Origin: an uncultured Gemmatimonadota bacterium
Lineage (GTDB): Bacteria > SM23-81
DNA length: 40,017 bases
Direction: 5' to 3'
Assembly: GCA_964584035.1 (NCBI GenBank)
Contig: CAZOYL010000007.1
Coordinates: 1-40,017 of the forward strand
The notes under the pieces are model-generated. The model was not told the origin of the DNA. It was given only the letters and a program-made list of their open reading frames with translations, and made no database searches. Position numbers and translations under genes: made by a program. Positions 28,387 through 40,017 of the stretch are shown in pieces. Positions within the stretch are counted from its first letter, which is position 1. Each line of letters begins with the position of its first letter.

Positions 28387-31300
28387 CGCAGTATCGCCAT
28401 CTTGCCCGTTTGTTCCGCGTTCCCGTCTTCCCATCGGGCCCGGATTTTATAGAAGTACACGCCGTTGGCCAGCAGCCGGCCATCGCCGTCCCGTCCGTCC
28501 CAGGAGATGACATGGTAATCGAGCTGTGTGCCCGGAAGGCCGTAATCGTCCAGAAAATCCCGCCAGCTGCGGATCAGCCGGCCGGAGACGGTATAGATCT
28601 TGAGAGAGATCTCCTCGGCGTGTACCGGGCCGGTCAGCCGGTAGGCGATCACGGTCTCTTCGTCGAAGGGGTTGGGATAGTTGCCGACCTGGTCGATTCC
28701 GTAAGAGTCGATGACCTCGAAGGAGATCGTTCTGGTGGCCAGGTTGCCGTTGCAATCGTAGGCCGAAAAGGTCAGGGAGTGCCGGCCGGTGGGCCAGGTC
28801 GGGCTGTAACTGACCGGCAGGCTGTTTGTCTCCATCAGGGGGGTAATGACGAGATCATCCCCGGCGACCGGCTGTCCGTTCGATCGCACCTCGATGGAAC
28901 GCTCCTGGCTGTCAACTCCGTTGGCGTCCTGAATGAGGGCCACGACCCGGGCGTCCCTGGAGACCAGCGCGCCCGGCGAAAAATATTGTTCCTCGACGGT
29001 CAGCTCGATGGTGGGCGATTGCAGGTCCGTGCTGATCATGGGACAGAACAGGCCCAGGCCGGAGACCGACGTGGAGATGGAATCGGCCGTGACCTCGGGA
29101 ATGGACGTCTGGCGAATCCAGCGGGCGATGGTTCCATTCCAGCGATAGACGGCGATCTCGTCCAGATGCTCCAGATTCAGAGAATCTCCCGGATGCAGTT
29201 TGAAAGTCAGGCGGATCTGCGCCGAGCCGCTCAGCAAGACCGTCGTGTCCAGCAGGGCCAGCCGGTAGGCGCCCGGAGCGCCCGAGGCCAGCCGGGCGGG
29301 TGACAGATCCGGCTGTTTGTCCACCTGCGGCGCCCGGGACTCGATGCTCATGACCTGGCAGTGGGCCACGGCGCCCGGGGGGATCTCGGCGCTGAAATTT
29401 CCATCCAGACTGCGGACCGGGGCGTGACGGCCCTGGGTCACGCTCCCCTCCTGCGGGGTGATATCGAATTGCTGTACCTGGATCTCCCGGCTGGCCTGGT
29501 TGTTATTCTCATTGCCCTCGTCGATCGCATCATCCGGATCGGCCTGGGCCAGCACCGTGTAGAGACCTGCCGGAAGGTCCCAGGCGAGGAAGACCGTGTC
29601 CCGGGATGCCGGCGGGATATGGTCGATGACGGCTTCTTTGGACTGGCGGCTCTTCTGCCTTCCGGCCGAGGTCAGGCCGGCCCTGACCAGCACCGAGTCG
29701 GCCCCGGTCTCCCCCAGGTTCCAAACCGTGACGGCGATTCCGACGCCATCGGCAGCCGTCGAGGAAATGTCACCCGACTGGATCTGCAGATCCGTCGCCG
29801 ACGGGATGCGGTAACTCATCGACGGACTGTCGGTGGACCGGCCCGCGGAATCGAGCACGGTCACCGAGTATCGCACGGCGGTGCCCCGCGACTGCGGCGG
29901 GATGGGATCGGCCGTGCGGTAGAGCCCGGGCGTCGTCTGGGACAACATGGCCACCGTCGAGTCCAGGGCGCCTACCTTCCAGCGGCACCAGACCGAGTCG
30001 ACCCCGCTGGCGGCGGAAGCTTCGGCCAGGATATGGACGGCCGTCGCCTCCAGCGGCAGCGCCGGCTCGGTATAGATGGTGTCGAAAAAGGCCTGCCCCA
30101 GAGAGAAAACCTCGCTGCCGGTGGCATCCCTGCCTTCTTCCTGATTCCAGAAATAACACCGCGCCGTGCCCGGGCCGGGCTCGGCTTCGGCCGGAACCGA
30201 GAACGAAGCCTCGAATCGGCCGCCGCTGACCGGGAGGGTGGATGACCACAGAACGGCATCGTTTCTGTCCGCCACCGTCAATTGAACCTGACCGGCGTTC
30301 GCTCCGGAGCCATCCGCCTCCAGAGACCCCAGGATCTGCATCGTCTGACCCGGATCGACCGCCTCCGGCTGGACGCTCAGGTCAACGGTTGCAGAGGGAA
30401 AGCTGATTCGCGAGGCGGGATCCGCCAGGAGGACATATTCATTGATCAGGTCCTGGGCGATCTGGCCGCCGTAGCTGGCCAGATACTGAAGTTTACCCCC
30501 GGTGACTGCTCCTCCGAAGGTGAGGTTCTGACCGGAGAGAAGGATCTTCAAGAGCTCTTTGTCCAGGTTGAAGTCACCATAGAGCCATCCCAGACCGGAG
30601 GTGCCCCAGAACCCCGCCGCGCCCCGGTCCTCGGCCAGCAGAAGCTGCTCGCCCAGGCAAACCCGCTTGGGCTCGTCGAAGGCGGCCGTGAAACAGGTCA
30701 GGCTGGCCACCATCGGCCAGCGAGGGCCGTTGCGAAGCCGGTCCACATCCTCCAGGCGCATCAGGCCGGCGTCCGACCAGATCCCGCCGCCTCCGTGCCC
30801 GATGTAGTTGACGAATGAGACGCCCTGATCCAGGGCGTCGAGGAGGTCCTGCGTGCCGCCGAAGTAGGGGTCTGTGACCGGATCGGTGCTGTGGGCGTAC
30901 ACCCGGGAGACCAGAAAATCCGGGGGGACATAGTTCAGGATGAGATTCTCCGACTGGGACCGAAAAATGGAGCCGTAACTTCCTGAGCCGCAGATGAACA
31001 GCAGCCGGCGGCGCCAGTCGCCGAGCTCGGGGGCGGACTCGGTGGAAATGATCTTGGCGATGATGGCATCAAGCTGTCTGTTGGTCTGCACCGGCAGGCG
31101 GCCGATGAACAGGTCGGGGATATAATCGTCGCCGCTGACGCAGGCGTAGAGGTTGTCGCAGGGCGTTTCACCCCAGCTGAGGATCTGGGTCATGATGGGC
31201 GGAATGAAATTCTGGCCCAGTCCCAGTGTGTTCTTGTAGTCCCAGCTTCCGTCGCCGATGAGCAGGACGTAGAGGGGGGAAGGATCCCAGTTCTGATAGG

Positions 31301-33371
31301 CGTAGGCGATAAAATCTCGTATCGCCAGAGGAGTGAACAGTCCGTGGCTGAACTGGTCATAGATCTCGGAGACAGGCACGACCTCGACCTGCAGGCCCTG
31401 GCTGCGGCGGTGTTCGGCCAGAGGAAGGGCATGCTCCAGGAAATCGTCGTGGACCACTATGATCTGGTGGGCGCCCCGGCCGCCATCGGTCAGGCCGGGC
31501 GCCGGGCGCAGCTCCAAAGAGGAGACCTGCTTTTTGGCCCCGGAGGAGACCGCCAGGTAGGCCGTTTGCCGGTTAAAAATATCATCCTGGAAGGTGACCT
31601 GATAGTGGCGTTCCCCGTCCTCTTCCTCGATCCATTCTCCCTGGGCATTGGTCATCACGCTGCTGCCCAGCTTGAAGATACGCACCGGCGGTCCGCTGAA
31701 GCCCCCCAGGGTGAATTGGAACAGGCCCGGCAATCCCTTGTCCGGATGGCTGAACTGGAGCTGATCCTCCTGAGCCCGGTACAGCCTGGGGTAATCGACC
31801 TCGATCCAGTTCAGAAGGACGCGGTCGATGGCCCCCGCCTCCGTATCGCCTGGGCAGATGATGGTCAGGACGTTCTCCTCCTCTTCAATGGCGCTGCTGG
31901 TGATCTCGTAGGACTGCTGGCCGCTGTCGATAAGCAGTTTTTCCTGGCCGTCCCAGGTTCGATCGGCCACCAGGTGATCGTTGAGATAGATGATCACGTG
32001 ATGATCGGGCGCGGCCTCCTCAACGGAGGTCAGGCCGTGCATCATGACGCGGACCGCCGGCCGGGCCGGAGAATTACGATCCGGATGCGGCAGGTCCAGA
32101 GGGTAGCTCCTCATTTCCTGAGCGCTGATGCCTGAGTCCCAGAACCAGTGGTCCCGCACGGCCATCTGTTTGTTGAGGTGATCGCGGTGGCCGTCCACCT
32201 CGGCGTGGACGGTGTGGAGGTAACTGGTCGGTTTGTTGGCGGCCGCCTGTTGGATGCCGGCGTTTTCCTCCAGCAGCCGTCTGCCCCCCTGGCCCAGTCC
32301 CCAGGAAAGCCAGTACACATTCCGGGTGTCGAAGGGATCCTGGTACATGTCATCGTATTGGGACTGAAAAGTGCCCCTGTTGGCCTGTCCCGAAAATTCG
32401 ATCACGTCGCCCGGATCGAACGAGCCGTCCTTTTCCCCGGGAACGTAAATGGGCACGGCGTTTCCCTTGTTGACCAGCTGAAACGTTCGCGGATCGATGT
32501 GATCCACATCCAGGCCGGCGGACTGCAGCTCTTTGCGGCTGATGGAGTATACGCCGTCCTCAGCCAGGACGATCCGGCAGCGCGGCGCCATTTCGGTTTT
32601 CAGCTCCGGCCGGCGGTCCGCTGGTTCCGTGCGGGGCAGGCGCCAGGAACGGGCCTGACGATCGTTCAGCAGCAGGCCGGAGATGATCTCATCCGCTTCC
32701 GGCGACGGGGGCCGGCTGGCGGCCGGCCGGGCGGAAGCGGCGCCGGCCGGAAAATCGATCCGGACCACCAGCCGCCGGCAGACCTGAAGCTGGCCGCGCA
32801 GCGGATGATAGCGGAACGGCCGGATCTGTAGTCTGGCGATGCGGACGTCGCGGAATTGTCCGGCAACCTCGATATCGACGAGCCGGGTGGGGGAAAAGAG
32901 ATCTCGCTCATAAGCCGCCCTGTCGGGCTCCACGATCCATTGGGGAGACTCACCGGAAAGTCCGGCATCGTCCGCAAGCGGTGGGCCGGGGGCGGAGCAC
33001 AGCGGGTCGGTGGGGACCGTGATCCAGTCTTCCTCGAGCACGATGGCAAGGGGCTGTCCCTTGGGGGGCACGCCGATCAGGCATCCCGCCTGAGGCAGCA
33101 TGGGAGCACCCGGCTGCCGGGAGTGGCCGCATTCGGGGGCGGACAGCAGGACGGCGGCCCCGGAACGGCCGTCCGGATTTCCGTCCAGCGATTGGAACTC
33201 GTAATCCCGGAAAACGCCCTCGATGATGATATGCCGGGGGCCGGACTCCAGCAGCCGGATATGATTGGCATGGGCCGTCCGGCCGGAAAGGATCAGCAGG
33301 AGGGTCATGCAGAGAAAAACGGTCCGGTGTGCCGTTTTCGCGGTCGAACGGTGAGCGAATATCTGTCTCAC
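28383..33371 (-). CDS. C25 (gingipain-family) cysteine peptidase, PorU-like, with propeptide, CARDB and a T9SS type A/FlgD-like C-terminal domain
   Basis: Signal peptide; propeptide PGAPMLP; PorU-like EDGVYSIS and D.IEF.GQ...DPFDTRNVYWL; C25 core YVLLIGDGSWD, DLFIGRLP, VNYIGHG (His) and SLTCFTAAFD (Cys); CARDB ADPDDAIDEGNENNN; CTD NYPNPF...IYTVSGRLI...WDGRDGDGRLLANGVYFYKI...GKMAILR. GTG 33371 is preferred over TTG 33377 on RBS spacing. Confidence 0.85.
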   Translation of the reverse strand: MRQIFAHRSTAKTAHRTVFLCMTLLLILSGRTAHANHIRLLESGPRHIIIEGVFRDYEFQSLDGNPDGRSGAAVLLSAPECGHSRQPGAPMLPQAGCLIGVPPKGQPLAIVLEEDWITVPTDPLCSAPGPPLADDAGLSGESPQWIVEPDRAAYERDLFSPTRLVDIEVAGQFRDVRIARLQIRPFRYHPLRGQLQVCRRLVVRIDFPAGAASARPAASRPPSPEADEIISGLLLNDRQARSWRLPRTEPADRRPELKTEMAPRCRIVLAEDGVYSISRKELQSAGLDVDHIDPRTFQLVNKGNAVPIYVPGEKDGSFDPGDVIEFSGQANRGTFQSQYDDMYQDPFDTRNVYWLSWGLGQGGRRLLEENAGIQQAAANKPTSYLHTVHAEVDGHRDHLNKQMAVRDHWFWDSGISAQEMRSYPLDLPHPDRNSPARPAVRVMMHGLTSVEEAAPDHHVIIYLNDHLVADRTWDGQEKLLIDSGQQSYEITSSAIEEEENVLTIICPGDTEAGAIDRVLLNWIEVDYPRLYRAQEDQLQFSHPDKGLPGLFQFTLGGFSGPPVRIFKLGSSVMTNAQGEWIEEEDGERHYQVTFQDDIFNRQTAYLAVSSGAKKQVSSLELRPAPGLTDGGRGAHQIIVVHDDFLEHALPLAEHRRSQGLQVEVVPVSEIYDQFSHGLFTPLAIRDFIAYAYQNWDPSPLYVLLIGDGSWDYKNTLGLGQNFIPPIMTQILSWGETPCDNLYACVSGDDYIPDLFIGRLPVQTNRQLDAIIAKIISTESAPELGDWRRRLLFICGSGSYGSIFRSQSENLILNYVPPDFLVSRVYAHSTDPVTDPYFGGTQDLLDALDQGVSFVNYIGHGGGGIWSDAGLMRLEDVDRLRNGPRWPMVASLTCFTAAFDEPKRVCLGEQLLLAEDRGAAGFWGTSGLGWLYGDFNLDKELLKILLSGQNLTFGGAVTGGKLQYLASYGGQIAQDLINEYVLLADPASRISFPSATVDLSVQPEAVDPGQTMQILGSLEADGSGANAGQVQLTVADRNDAVLWSSTLPVSGGRFEASFSVPAEAEPGPGTARCYFWNQEEGRDATGSEVFSLGQAFFDTIYTEPALPLEATAVHILAEASAASGVDSVWCRWKVGALDSTVAMLSQTTPGLYRTADPIPPQSRGTAVRYSVTVLDSAGRSTDSPSMSYRIPSATDLQIQSGDISSTAADGVGIAVTVWNLGETGADSVLVRAGLTSAGRQKSRQSKEAVIDHIPPASRDTVFLAWDLPAGLYTVLAQADPDDAIDEGNENNNQASREIQVQQFDITPQEGSVTQGRHAPVRSLDGNFSAEIPPGAVAHCQVMSIESRAPQVDKQPDLSPARLASGAPGAYRLALLDTTVLLSGSAQIRLTFKLHPGDSLNLEHLDEIAVYRWNGTIARWIRQTSIPEVTADSISTSVSGLGLFCPMISTDLQSPTIELTVEEQYFSPGALVSRDARVVALIQDANGVDSQERSIEVRSNGQPVAGDDLVITPLMETNSLPVSYSPTWPTGRHSLTFSAYDCNGNLATRTISFEVIDSYGIDQVGNYPNPFDEETVIAYRLTGPVHAEEISLKIYTVSGRLIRSWRDFLDDYGLPGTQLDYHVISWDGRDGDGRLLANGVYFYKIRARWEDGNAEQTGKMAILR

Positions 33372-33973
33372 GAACAATCCTCGTCGGAGAATTCTCTTTC
33401 CAGAAGATCCAGAACGATGTGGCCGACGGCGATATGGGCCTCCTGGATGCGCTGGGAGTTTTCGTGGGGCACCTTCAGGATCAGGTCGGCGGCTCGGGCC
33501 AGCGGACCCTCTTTCGATCCGGTCAGAGCGATGGTCACCAGCCCCAGTTGTCGAGCCTTTTTAACGGCCCGGAGGACATTTTCCGAGGTCCCGCTGGTGC
33601 TGATGCCCACCAGGATGTCTCCCTTGCGGCCGTGTGCTTCCACCTGTTTGGAGAAGACATCCTCGAAACCGTAGTCATTCGACAGGCAGGTCAGCACCGA
33701 GGTGTCTGTCGTTAGGGCGATGGCGGCCAGAGGCGGACGGCCTCTCCCGAAACGGCCCACCAGCTCCGCGGCCAGATGCTGGGCGTCGGCGGCGCTGCCC
33801 CCGTTGCCGCAGAACAGGACCTTGCCTCCCCGGCGGATACAGTCGATGATCCGGCCGGCCATCTCCACGATCGTAGCGGCGGCCTGCTCGGCCAGAGACT
33901 GCTTGACCTCGGCGCTCTGGCGCAGTTGTTGTCGAACGATTTCTTTGGGATCGGTTCCTTTGGGTCGGGTCAT
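33368..33973 (-). CDS. gmhA: D-sedoheptulose-7-phosphate isomerase (SIS domain)
   Basis: CGNGGSAADAQHLAAELVGRF, SNDYGF, ISTSGTSENV and RIQEAHI. Confidence 0.95.
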   Translation of the reverse strand: MTRPKGTDPKEIVRQQLRQSAEVKQSLAEQAAATIVEMAGRIIDCIRRGGKVLFCGNGGSAADAQHLAAELVGRFGRGRPPLAAIALTTDTSVLTCLSNDYGFEDVFSKQVEAHGRKGDILVGISTSGTSENVLRAVKKARQLGLVTIALTGSKEGPLARAADLILKVPHENSQRIQEAHIAVGHIVLDLLEREFSDEDCS

Positions 33974-33982
33974 CAGGGACCT

Positions 33983-34801
33983 CTACTTTCCGGTGAAACC
34001 TTTCCAGATTTTTCCCAACAGGCTTTCGGACGGGTTCTCAGACAGCCCCCCGGTTTCATCCCGGGAACCGCAGACGGCGGATTCGGGCAGCGGCCGGCCC
34101 ATCAGGATGCATCTGGGGTGATCGTCGACCAGGGCTCGGGCGGCCCGAGGGCCGACCACTCCGGCGGCGATATCCACCGCCGGCGATAATCTCACCGGGC
34201 GGCTGGAGGCGTTGTGGGCGTCACTGCCAATGAGATGCACCGTTCCCTTCTTCAACAGGGAAAGCGCGCATTTCTTCACCCGGCGACCGAACTGTCCCTC
34301 CAGGCTGCCGGCGTTGATCTGCAGCAATGCTCCGGAATGCAGCATGGGCTCCAGCACGGTCTCATCTCTCAGCACCGAGAAGTTTCTCTCGGGATGCGCC
34401 AGGATGGGGATGATCCCGCTCATGATGAGCTGAAAGATGACCCGGTCGGCCCCCGGCGGGATCCCCGGCATGGGAAATTCACACAGCAGATAACGCCCCG
34501 TTCCATTCACGGTCAGGGACGGGTAGTCCAGGAATCGTTCCAGGTCAGGCTGAAAGTAGATCTCCGCCCCCAGAACCAGACGGACCGGTAATTCCTTCTG
34601 AAGGATGGCTTCGGCCAGTCCGGAGAAACGGGTCTCGAACAGCTCGACTCGCTGCCGGCCGGGACGTTCCAGCAGATGCGGCGTGGCGCAGATGGTGTCG
34701 ATGCCGTCCTCGGCCGCCATCCGGACCATAGCCAGCGATTCCTCTGTGTCCGCGGGACCATCGTCCACATCGGGCAGTATATGGGCATGCAGATCGATCA
34801 T
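33983..34801 (-). CDS. CpsB/CapC (YwqE-like) PHP-family protein-tyrosine phosphatase
   Basis: MIDLHAHILPDVDDG, ATPH, GAEI, ILAHPERN, LQINAGS and GSDAHN...R. Confidence 0.92.
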   Translation of the reverse strand: MIDLHAHILPDVDDGPADTEESLAMVRMAAEDGIDTICATPHLLERPGRQRVELFETRFSGLAEAILQKELPVRLVLGAEIYFQPDLERFLDYPSLTVNGTGRYLLCEFPMPGIPPGADRVIFQLIMSGIIPILAHPERNFSVLRDETVLEPMLHSGALLQINAGSLEGQFGRRVKKCALSLLKKGTVHLIGSDAHNASSRPVRLSPAVDIAAGVVGPRAARALVDDHPRCILMGRPLPESAVCGSRDETGGLSENPSESLLGKIWKGFTGK

Positions 34802-34807
34802 GGATTC

Positions 34808-35599
34808 TCACCGGCCGTGGATGGCCGCGGCGAATTCCCTGAGCCGGCCGGAGCCGGCCCCTTCTTCGAAGGCGTTGCCGATGACGACGAAATCGGCCCC
34901 GGCCGCCACCTTCTCCTGAGCCGTCCGCGGCTCCCGGATGCCGCCGCCGACCACCAGGGGCAGAGAGACGTATTCGTCCACCGCCCGGATCATCTCCGGT
35001 GAAACCGTGAGCCGGGCGCCGCTGCCGGCGTCCATGAAGATCAGCTTCATCCCCAGGTATTCAGCGGCCAGAGCGTGCGCCTGGGCGATGTCGGGTTTGT
35101 CGCGGGGGATGGGGAAGGTGTTGCTCATGTATTGCACGGACGTCAGCCGGCCGGAGTCGATCAGCATATAGCCGGTGGCGATGGGCTCGATGCCGATCTC
35201 CCGGATATACGGGGCCGATCGAACCTGCTGCTCGATGAGATGCTGAGGGCTGCGGCCGCTGATCAGAGAGAGATACAGAATGGCATCGGCATGGGCCGAG
35301 ATCTGGGCCAGGTTCCCCGGAAAGATGATCACCGGCAGAGGCACATGTTCTTTGATCTCCCTGATGGTCTCATCGAAGCGGGCCGACAGCATCAGGCTGC
35401 TGCCCACCAGCAGGGCGTCCACCTCGCTGTTGGCGCAGCGCTCCGCCAGCCCTGTGAGCCGGTCGGCCTGCAGCCGGTCGGGATCCAGGAGCACCAGGAA
35501 TCCGGCGCCCCGGTGCCGGATGATGTCGAGCAGGGTCTGATAGACCTTGCCCGGGCCCTTTGGGCTGTGGTCATCGAGCGAGTGCCGGTGAGACTTCAT
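34808..35599 (-). CDS. Geranylgeranylglyceryl/heptaprenylglyceryl phosphate synthase (group II-like TIM barrel)
   Basis: LLDPD, LLVGSS, PVIIFPGN, ADAILYLSLISGRSP, GYMLIDSG, YLGMKLIFMDAGSGA, VGGGIR and GADFVVIGNAFE. ATG 35599 follows GAGG; the alternative start is 35644. Confidence 0.9.
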   Translation of the reverse strand: MKSHRHSLDDHSPKGPGKVYQTLLDIIRHRGAGFLVLLDPDRLQADRLTGLAERCANSEVDALLVGSSLMLSARFDETIREIKEHVPLPVIIFPGNLAQISAHADAILYLSLISGRSPQHLIEQQVRSAPYIREIGIEPIATGYMLIDSGRLTSVQYMSNTFPIPRDKPDIAQAHALAAEYLGMKLIFMDAGSGARLTVSPEMIRAVDEYVSLPLVVGGGIREPRTAQEKVAAGADFVVIGNAFEEGAGSGRLREFAAAIHGR

Positions 35600-35643
35600 A
35601 ACACCTCTCGGTTTCTGTCGATGAGTGAATGGCGGCTGAGCCA

Positions 35644-38310
<2,667 letters not shown>

Positions 38311-38368
38311 GGTTGGAAACATCCTCGATGGCTTGCCCGTCGAAGGAGAGCCGCTTCGTCGCGGGCTG

Positions 38369-39067
38369 TCAATCGTTCGGCCGGTCGGATTTCTCCGCTT
38401 TCCATTCGCCCAGAACTTGCTCGACCGCCTCCCGGACCACCGGGCGGTCGAATCCCCTTCGCAGGAGATAATCGGCCATCCTTCTTCGGGCCGTCTTCTC
38501 GTCCAGGCGGCGATACCGGCCTTCACGGGCCCGCAGGAGGTCTGCCGCCAGCAGCTCGGGGGAAAGATCCCGGAACGTTGCCGTGACCACCCGATCGATG
38601 ATCTCATCGGGCACGTGCTTGAGGCGGAGCTCCCGGCGCAGCAGGTGTTCGCCCAGCGGCTTGGTGTTCATCCGGTCAGTGGCCCAGCGGCGGGCGAAGT
38701 CCTCATCGTCCAAAAGGCCGGCCTGGCCGAGCTGGTCGATCACCCCTTCGATGATCTCCCCGTCGTGACCGCGCCGGGCCAGGCGTTCGCGGACCTCCCA
38801 GATGCTGCGGATGCGATAGCCCAGAAAGTCGAGAGCGTAATGTTTCGCCCGGCTCTTCTCCTCGGCCCGGGCGATCCCTTCCAGCTCATCGCGATCGAGC
38901 GTCCGGCCCTTTCGAAGTCCCAGCTCCAGGGCCAGCTGCGCATCCATTCCCAGAGCGAAAGAGCCGTCCAGAAAAACGGAAACTCTCCGGGGATTGCGCT
39001 TCTGCACCTCCAGCTTGGTGATGGTCACCTTGTGAGGCCGGGAGTCGGCGGACATGGTCTCGGCCAT
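38369..39067 (-). CDS. recX: Regulatory protein RecX (with N-terminal extension)
   Basis: ITKLEVQKRNPRRVSVFLDG, ALDFLGYRIRSIWEVRERL, LLDDEDFARRW and YLLRRGF; lies directly downstream of recA. Confidence 0.9.
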   Translation of the reverse strand: MAETMSADSRPHKVTITKLEVQKRNPRRVSVFLDGSFALGMDAQLALELGLRKGRTLDRDELEGIARAEEKSRAKHYALDFLGYRIRSIWEVRERLARRGHDGEIIEGVIDQLGQAGLLDDEDFARRWATDRMNTKPLGEHLLRRELRLKHVPDEIIDRVVTATFRDLSPELLAADLLRAREGRYRRLDEKTARRRMADYLLRRGFDRPVVREAVEQVLGEWKAEKSDRPND

Positions 39068-39089
39068 CCCAATCGTTTCTGCCTGCGGT

Positions 39090-40017
<928 letters not shown>

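Noticed and set aside
26529..33371. Complete type IX secretion system
   Set aside because: Only PorU-like and PorV-like components are visible. No motor, ring or translocon genes are in the window.
38311..38607. 99-aa N-terminal extension of AlaRS in the ORF track
   Set aside because: It overlaps recX in another frame. The canonical AlaRS N-terminus begins at ATG 38310.

Overview
A GC-rich bacterial window in which every credible gene lies on the minus strand, tightly packed, with many ATGA/GTGA stop-start overlaps. Reading from high to low coordinates: recA (5'-truncated), recX, alaS, a group II geranylgeranylglyceryl-phosphate (GGGP) synthase, a CpsB/CapC PHP tyrosine phosphatase, gmhA, a ~1660-aa C25 (gingipain/PorU-like) peptidase with a T9SS-type/FlgD-like C-terminal domain, a PorV/PorQ-family beta-barrel, an FN3-like lipoprotein, a mini SLBB/OPX protein and a wzc BY-kinase. 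A ~23 kb surface-polysaccharide cluster follows. It holds an rmlA-like gene, a WbpA/B/D/E/I-type diamino-uronic acid pathway, two WecB-family epimerases, two methyltransferases, a MurJ-type flippase, a Wzy_C/O-antigen-ligase protein, two GT4s, a CapK-like ligase, CapA, a CARDB remnant, a beta-helix lipoprotein, a second DegT/Gfo/acetyltransferase triad and an initiating sugar transferase. The window ends in ispE (3'-truncated, absent from the ORF track). Gene content suggests a non-Bacteroidota FCB-group bacterium such as KSB1, Zixibacteria or Calditrichota (inference only). The most notable feature is a PorU-like sortase candidate plus PorV embedded between the phosphatase and the Wza/Wzc module of a Wbp-type glycan locus. 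This is a candidate self-contained protein-to-glycan anchoring system, bracketed by isoprenoid-lipid genes. No rRNA, tRNA, CRISPR array or transposase was recognised. All functional calls come from motif recognition by eye; no database searches were run.
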